From the NCBI RefSeq assembly GCF_009914755.1, contig NC_060925.1: 64,000 nt of DNA. One strand, 5' to 3'. Positions 58,661 to 64,000 of the stretch are shown in pieces. The notes under the pieces were generated by a model. It was given only the letters and a program-made list of their open reading frames with translations, did not search any database and was not told where the DNA came from. The DNA comes from the human T2T-CHM13v2.0 reference genome, Homo sapiens. The translations under genes and the position numbers were made by a program. The stretch's first letter is position 1. The number at the start of each line of letters is the position of its first letter.

Positions 58661-60446
58661 AAATGAAACATCCTGGGCTGAACTGAGGGCAGTGCCATTT
58701 TTGCCCAGTGGGTATTTGGTAAATGTTCATGGAAGCAAGTCAAACTGAAGTTCAAAAAGTACATGATTTGCATTCGTTGAAGTACAAAAAAAGGTACATA
58801 ACAATAGAGATGGACTGCAAACTCATCCACTGACTCAACACCTTCCATTATCTATTCATGTTATCCCATTGCTTCTCATTGTGAAAAGCCCCCGGGAGAT
58901 AGTTTGGGGGTGACGGGTCATTGGCTGTCCCTTAAATCCCATCATGTTGGCAATCCCCTTCCCCAGTAACGTATGAGGTTCACATGATCTCAGAGCTGCA
59001 CGTATGGCTCTACAGTAATCCCCATAGCAGCACATTCCACTTGGAAAAGTTGCTTTCAAAGTGTACTTATAATTGCTAATCATCACTGTAGTCTGGCAGC
59101 TTCCATGGAAGCGTGACTGGCATGTTCTGGGGCTGGCCCCTTGCCCTCTGATTCACAGGACACCTGTCTCAGTCCTCCCCAAACCCCATCCTGCTTCCTC
59201 TGCTCTCCACCTCATTCCCACCTCTGCACAAGCCTGGATCCTGTGGCACAAGTGATCCTTCCTTCTCCTCCTAGATTTCCAAATCTCTCCATTCCCTGGG
59301 ACTTACTGCAAATTGCTAAACTCTTCTCCATTTCCAAATAACTTGTTCCTCCTCGTGCTTCCCAGGGTCCTCCTTTTCATTTCCTCCCAGGGGGTACCAC
59401 TCATAGCATATCCTGGTAGTGATCCAGGGGTTTTCATTCACAAAGAATACAACCTGAATGGCGACGGCTCTCCTTGTGAAAAGATGGGCACACCTGCCCC
59501 CTCCACAACAACCTGTGTCTCTCCTTCCCTCCATTACCAACTTCTTACAAGAGCAGCCTGTAGTTCCTCACCCCTCCCTGGGTAAAAGTCTTCATGCATT
59601 TCCCACTGTGAGGTCAGAGGCCTAGTGTTAATTAACCCTCATCCTGCCTACCTGTCTGCAGCGTTTGGGACCTGATCATTCCTGTTTCTGGGAACACTCT
59701 CCTCCTCTGGCTTTCCTGCTTCTTCTGTTCCCTCATGGCTCCTCCTCAGTCTCTGACCAGCTCTCCTTCCAGTCTTCTCTCTGAAATCTTGATGTTGCTA
59801 AAAGCTGTTTCCTCAGCCACCTTCTTGTTTTTCACATGCTCTTCCCTGGGCAACGTCATTTACTCCCTTGGCTTTGATTAAACTTACACACTTAAACTGA
59901 TATCCTTTCTGCTTACTAAATTAAAAACCTCTTATAATTACAAAGCAGCCCATGTATAGATAAACAAAAATAAGAAAATAAAAATACACTATTCCCACCA
60001 TCCAGAGCATACCACTGTTAATATCCTATTGTACATCCTTCCAAAATTTTTAGGCATGCATATATATGCAGACATATCTTTTTTTTACAAACTGAGAAAA
60101 ATACCGTTTTATGAATTGTTACATACTGTTTTTATAAAACTTTCCATGTCAATATATGTCACTATATTTTACCTAATATCCAGTCTATATCTGATGATCT
60201 AAATCATTCCCGAAACGTCTTTTGTAGTTCGTTTGTCCAATCAGGAACCAATTCAGGCCTACACATTGCATGGATATTTCTTAAGCCCTTTTCCAAGCAT
60301 AAACATGACATTAGGCTTGTTAAATGAATTTGGCCATTTAGCCTAAGGAACAACCCATTTTCTGGATTTGACAAGCTGCTTTCTTGTGGGTTCATTTAGC
60401 TTGTTTCTCTGACCTTCTTATTTCTTATAAACTGAAAGTCAAATGT

Positions 60447-60582
60447 GGCCAGGCGTGGTGGCTCTTGCCTGTAATCCCAGCACTTTAGGGAGCTGAGGCA
60501 GGAGGATCACTTGAGCCCAGGAGATCGAGACCAGCCTGGTCAATATAGTGAGACCTCATCTCTTAAACAACAAAACAAAAGA
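60447..60582 (+). mobile_element. Alu monomer (FLAM-like) inside an old L1M fragment (~60180-60900)
   Basis: Single left-arm Alu with A-rich tail. Confidence 0.85.
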
Positions 60583-60914
60583 GAAAGTAAAAGGCAAAAG
60601 CATGGTGGATTCAATTTAAACCTTGTTAGCTAGATTATATCATAGGAGATATGTACTTCTTATTGTATTTTGTCATGATATATATATTTTCTGGTTCGCC
60701 CACTGTTAGAGATTCTAGTAGTGACCAGTGAATTAAGGCAAACAACAATTTTCTTCTTCCAAGAAACATTATGTTTTCCCTCCTGTGACTACAAGGTAAT
60801 CTGTGTGGTGTTATCTGGGCAATGCACAAATGTTCAGTTCCCCCTCAACAATGTGCTAATGCTTTAATACCAGTTTATACTTGTTGCTGAAGTCAATACT
60901 TTTAATAAGGCATT

Positions 60915-61667
60915 TGTAACCACCCACTGGGTTCATTTTTCATGGTGCCCAGATAGAGCCAATTTATCAAGATAGGGGAATTGCAATAGAAAAAGAGTTA
61001 AATACACTTCAAGCTTGCTAAATGGAAGACTGCAGTTTTATTATTACTCAAATCAGCCAGCCCAAAAATTCAGAGGCTAGAGGTTTTTAAAGATATTTTG
61101 GTGAACAAGGGGCTAGGGAATGGGGAATGCTGGTTGGTTGGGTTGAGGATGAAATTATAGGGAGTTGAAGCTGTCTTCTTGCACTGAGTCAATTCCTGGG
61201 TAGAGGCCACAGGACCAGATCTGCCAGTTTACCAGTCTGGGTGGTGCCAGCTTATCCATCAGAATTCAGGGTCTGAAAAATATCTCAAGCACCAATCTTA
61301 GGTTCTACAATATTATCTATAGGATACAACATTATCTATAGGAGAGCAACTGGGGAGGTTAGGAATCTTGTGGCCTCTGGCTGCATGGCTTCTAAACCAT
61401 AATTTCTAATCTTGTGATTAATTTGTTAGTCCCACAAAGGCTGTCTTGTCCCCAGGCAAGAAGGAGGTTTGTTTTGGGAAAGGGCTGTTGTCATCTTTTT
61501 AGTTTTAATAGTTCTAAACTATAAACTAAATGCCTCCCAAAGTTAGTTTTGCCTATGCCCAGGAATGAACAAGGGCAGCTTGAAGGTTAAAGGCAAGATG
61601 GAGTTGGTTAGGTCCCTTTCAATGTCATCAATTTCTCACTGTTAGAATTTTTCCAAAGGTGGTTTCA
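60915..61667 (-). mobile_element. LTR8-like ERV1 solo LTR
   Basis: tgtaaccaccc... and ...ttccaaaggtggtttca termini (TGAAACC start on minus strand). Confidence 0.8.
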
Positions 61668-62734
61668 GTTTAGAGCAATTTTCAGCCAGAGTTTCTGGTT
61701 TAAGAATATTTTTATAAAAGAGCTATTTACTCAGGTATGGGCAGGGCTAAGGCAACCATCTAGGGATCATGAAGTTCCCAGGGGCTAGTGTCAGTGGGCG
61801 GCTATCGCCAGCCCTCATCTGAGGGGGCAGGAGAAAGGAATGTTCCTCCTGGTGCCTGGGGCTAGCTACAACCCTGGGACAGGAGCTGCCCAACAGAAGC
61901 TGTGGCTGTTAACAGAGGAATTCAGTTATAACCCAAATCATGACCAGGCAGGGCACTTTAATGAAGTAAAACTTTTCTGATGACTGTTTTCTGTTTCTTG
62001 CGTGAAAGACAATTGCAGGACAGGGGAGATTATACATCAGGTATTGGAGACAACTACAATATGCCCTTTTAATGTCTGTCTGTGGACCAAGTTTACTGTT
62101 TGCATTTGTAGCCATGGGAAAGAACAGGGGAAACAAGGTGGACACAACTCTCAGGGGAAAATTGGCCCCTGGTTGCCAAAGCACAGGTGGGGGTAGTGTG
62201 ATGTGATGACGTTTGCAATGGATAATTTGTATTAGTTAACAGCTCTGGGTCAAAGCTGTTTTGTCTCCATGCAAGAAGTAATGAAAAAAAAAACAATGTT
62301 AGTTCCAAGGAAACATATCCTCATCCGTGAATAATTATTTGCTTTGACTCCAGGACACCTTTCATTTAAAGGTGTAAAGGCACAGAGAGGGGGAAGTGAA
62401 TAATCACTAACTAACCTTTTATCACCATAGGAGAGGACATGCTCCTGGTGCTAACTATTATGAAACTTCAAAGGGAGTGATTGTCAGGTGCCCATAGTTC
62501 AGATTATTTTCCTCAGCATGGGAATAAAACACTGCTGCTTCTCACTCACTACAGGTAAAATAAATAGAACTGATAATGTGTATTATATAATTCTACCAAG
62601 CCTTGGAGCCAGAAAACACATTGGTTTCCTCTGTCTCTGGGGAAGGGTTTCTTATTACATTTTCTTCTAGTTGACAAGCAATTTGGGAGTATCCCTCAAT
62701 TACATGGGATGCCCCAGTGTGGGACTGAGAAGAA

Positions 62735-63135
62735 GATTAGATTGTAGGCTGCTCTATTACTTACTAACTGGGTGGTCTTGAGTATGTTATTTAATCTTCC
62801 CAAACCACTGTTTACATCCATAAAACAGTGATAATCTTCATTCCCCTGGCTACAGGAGAACGAGCTTTGATGAGGCAAAGTGGATAAGAATGGGTTCTGG
62901 AGTCAGAAAGAGTTCAAAATCTAGGTTATGCTTCTTACCGATTGAGTGAAATGGGGCAAAGTCACCTAACCTCTAAGCCTTAGTTTCTCCATCTGTAAAA
63001 TAAAGTAATAGAAATAGAAACAAAACAGAAACACAAGATAGAAACAATGTTGTATTATTTTAAAGATTAAATGCTAAAAAACACTTAACACAGTGCTGGC
63101 AATAAATAAGCACTCAATAGTTTGCTATTATTATC
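62735..63135 (+). mobile_element. Two tandem MIR fragments
   Basis: cctctaagccttagtttctccatctgtaaaat; cttaacacagtgctggca. Confidence 0.65.
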
Positions 63136-63144
63136 AGCTGCCCT

Positions 63145-64000
63145 GTGGTAGACAGAATTCTAAAACAGCCCCTATATTCCTACTCGTGATGCACATGCCC
63201 TGTATAGTTCTATTCAGTGTGAATGGAACCTGTGAATATAATGACATATTACTCTTGTGAGGAAAATTATCTTGGGTTGACTTGACCTTTCAGGTGAGTC
63301 TTTCTTCTTCTTCTTTTTTTTTTTTTTTTTTTGAGACGGAATCTCACTCTGTTTCCCAGGCTGGAGTACAGTGGTCTGCAACCTCTGCCTCTCGGGTTCA
63401 AGTGATTCTCCTGCCTCAGCCTCCTGAGTAGCTGGGATTACAGGCACCTGCCACCATGCCCGGCTAATTTTTGTATTCTTTGTAGAGATGAGGTTTCACC
63501 ATGTTGGTCAGGCTGGTCTGGAACTCCTGACCTCAGATGATCCACCTGCCTCAGCCTCCCAAAGTGCTGGGATTACGGCGTAAGCCACTGCGTCCAGCCT
63601 CAGGTGAGTCTTTTAAAAGCAGAGAGCTTTCTTCACTTGGTGCTGGGAAGAAGTCAGAGAGGTGCACTCTCACTAGCCTGGAGAAAATCAAACATCCCTG
63701 CCATGGCAGCCTATGGGGACTACGTGGCATGGAATGTCAGTGGTCTCTGTGAGCCGAGCATAGTCCCCAGCAGGCAGCTAGCAGGCAAAGGGGAACTCAT
63801 TCCTACAACCCCAAATAATTGAATTTTGCCAATAACCTGAATGAGCTTGGTAGAGGACCTCCAGTCTCAGATAAGAACTACAGCATAGCTGATATCTTGA
63901 TTGCAGCCTTGTGAGACCCTGAGCGGAGGAGTCAGCTAACCTGTGCTCAGACTCCTGATCCACGGAACTGGAAGGTAATAAATGTCTTGTTTTAATTCAC
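63145..64000 (+). mobile_element. MLT1 (E/F-like) LTR interrupted by an Alu and running off the window end
   Basis: tgtggtagacagaattctaa...gattgcagccttgtgagaccctgag...ataataaatg-like 3' end. Confidence 0.8.
63304..63599 (-). mobile_element. AluS with small right-arm deletion
   Basis: Antisense Alu; TSD TCAGGTGAGTCTTT at 63290 and 63600. Confidence 0.93.

Overview
Primate (most likely human/hominid) non-coding, repeat-dense genomic DNA. I recognise no host protein-coding exon, RNA gene or CRISPR array. All convincing protein homology is transposon-derived: a full-length minus-strand L1PA3-like LINE-1 (35737-41930) with 17-bp TSD, ORF1, an ORF2 broken by only two lesions and a truncated antisense ORF0; an older 5'-inverted (twin-primed) L1 (9285-12835); and a near full-length Tigger4/Zombi DNA transposon (29296-31970). 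The rest is about 17 Alus, MaLR/ERV solo LTRs, MER/Tigger MITEs, L2/MIR relics and simple repeats. The most interesting unexplained non-repeat signals are four. (1) A ~150-bp direct duplication 997 bp apart that brackets a CpG-enriched AP-1/NF-kB/ETS motif cluster (57.5-58.7 kb). (2) A splice acceptor followed by a 134-codon frame with only two internal stops (46349-46750), possibly a dead exon. (3) A CTCF-like motif, TATA box and 171-aa ORF at 48.7-49.2 kb. (4) A candidate exon at 26959. I cannot demonstrate a new biological system from sequence alone. Repeat subfamily calls are from memory of consensus sequences and need RepeatMasker/Dfam confirmation.
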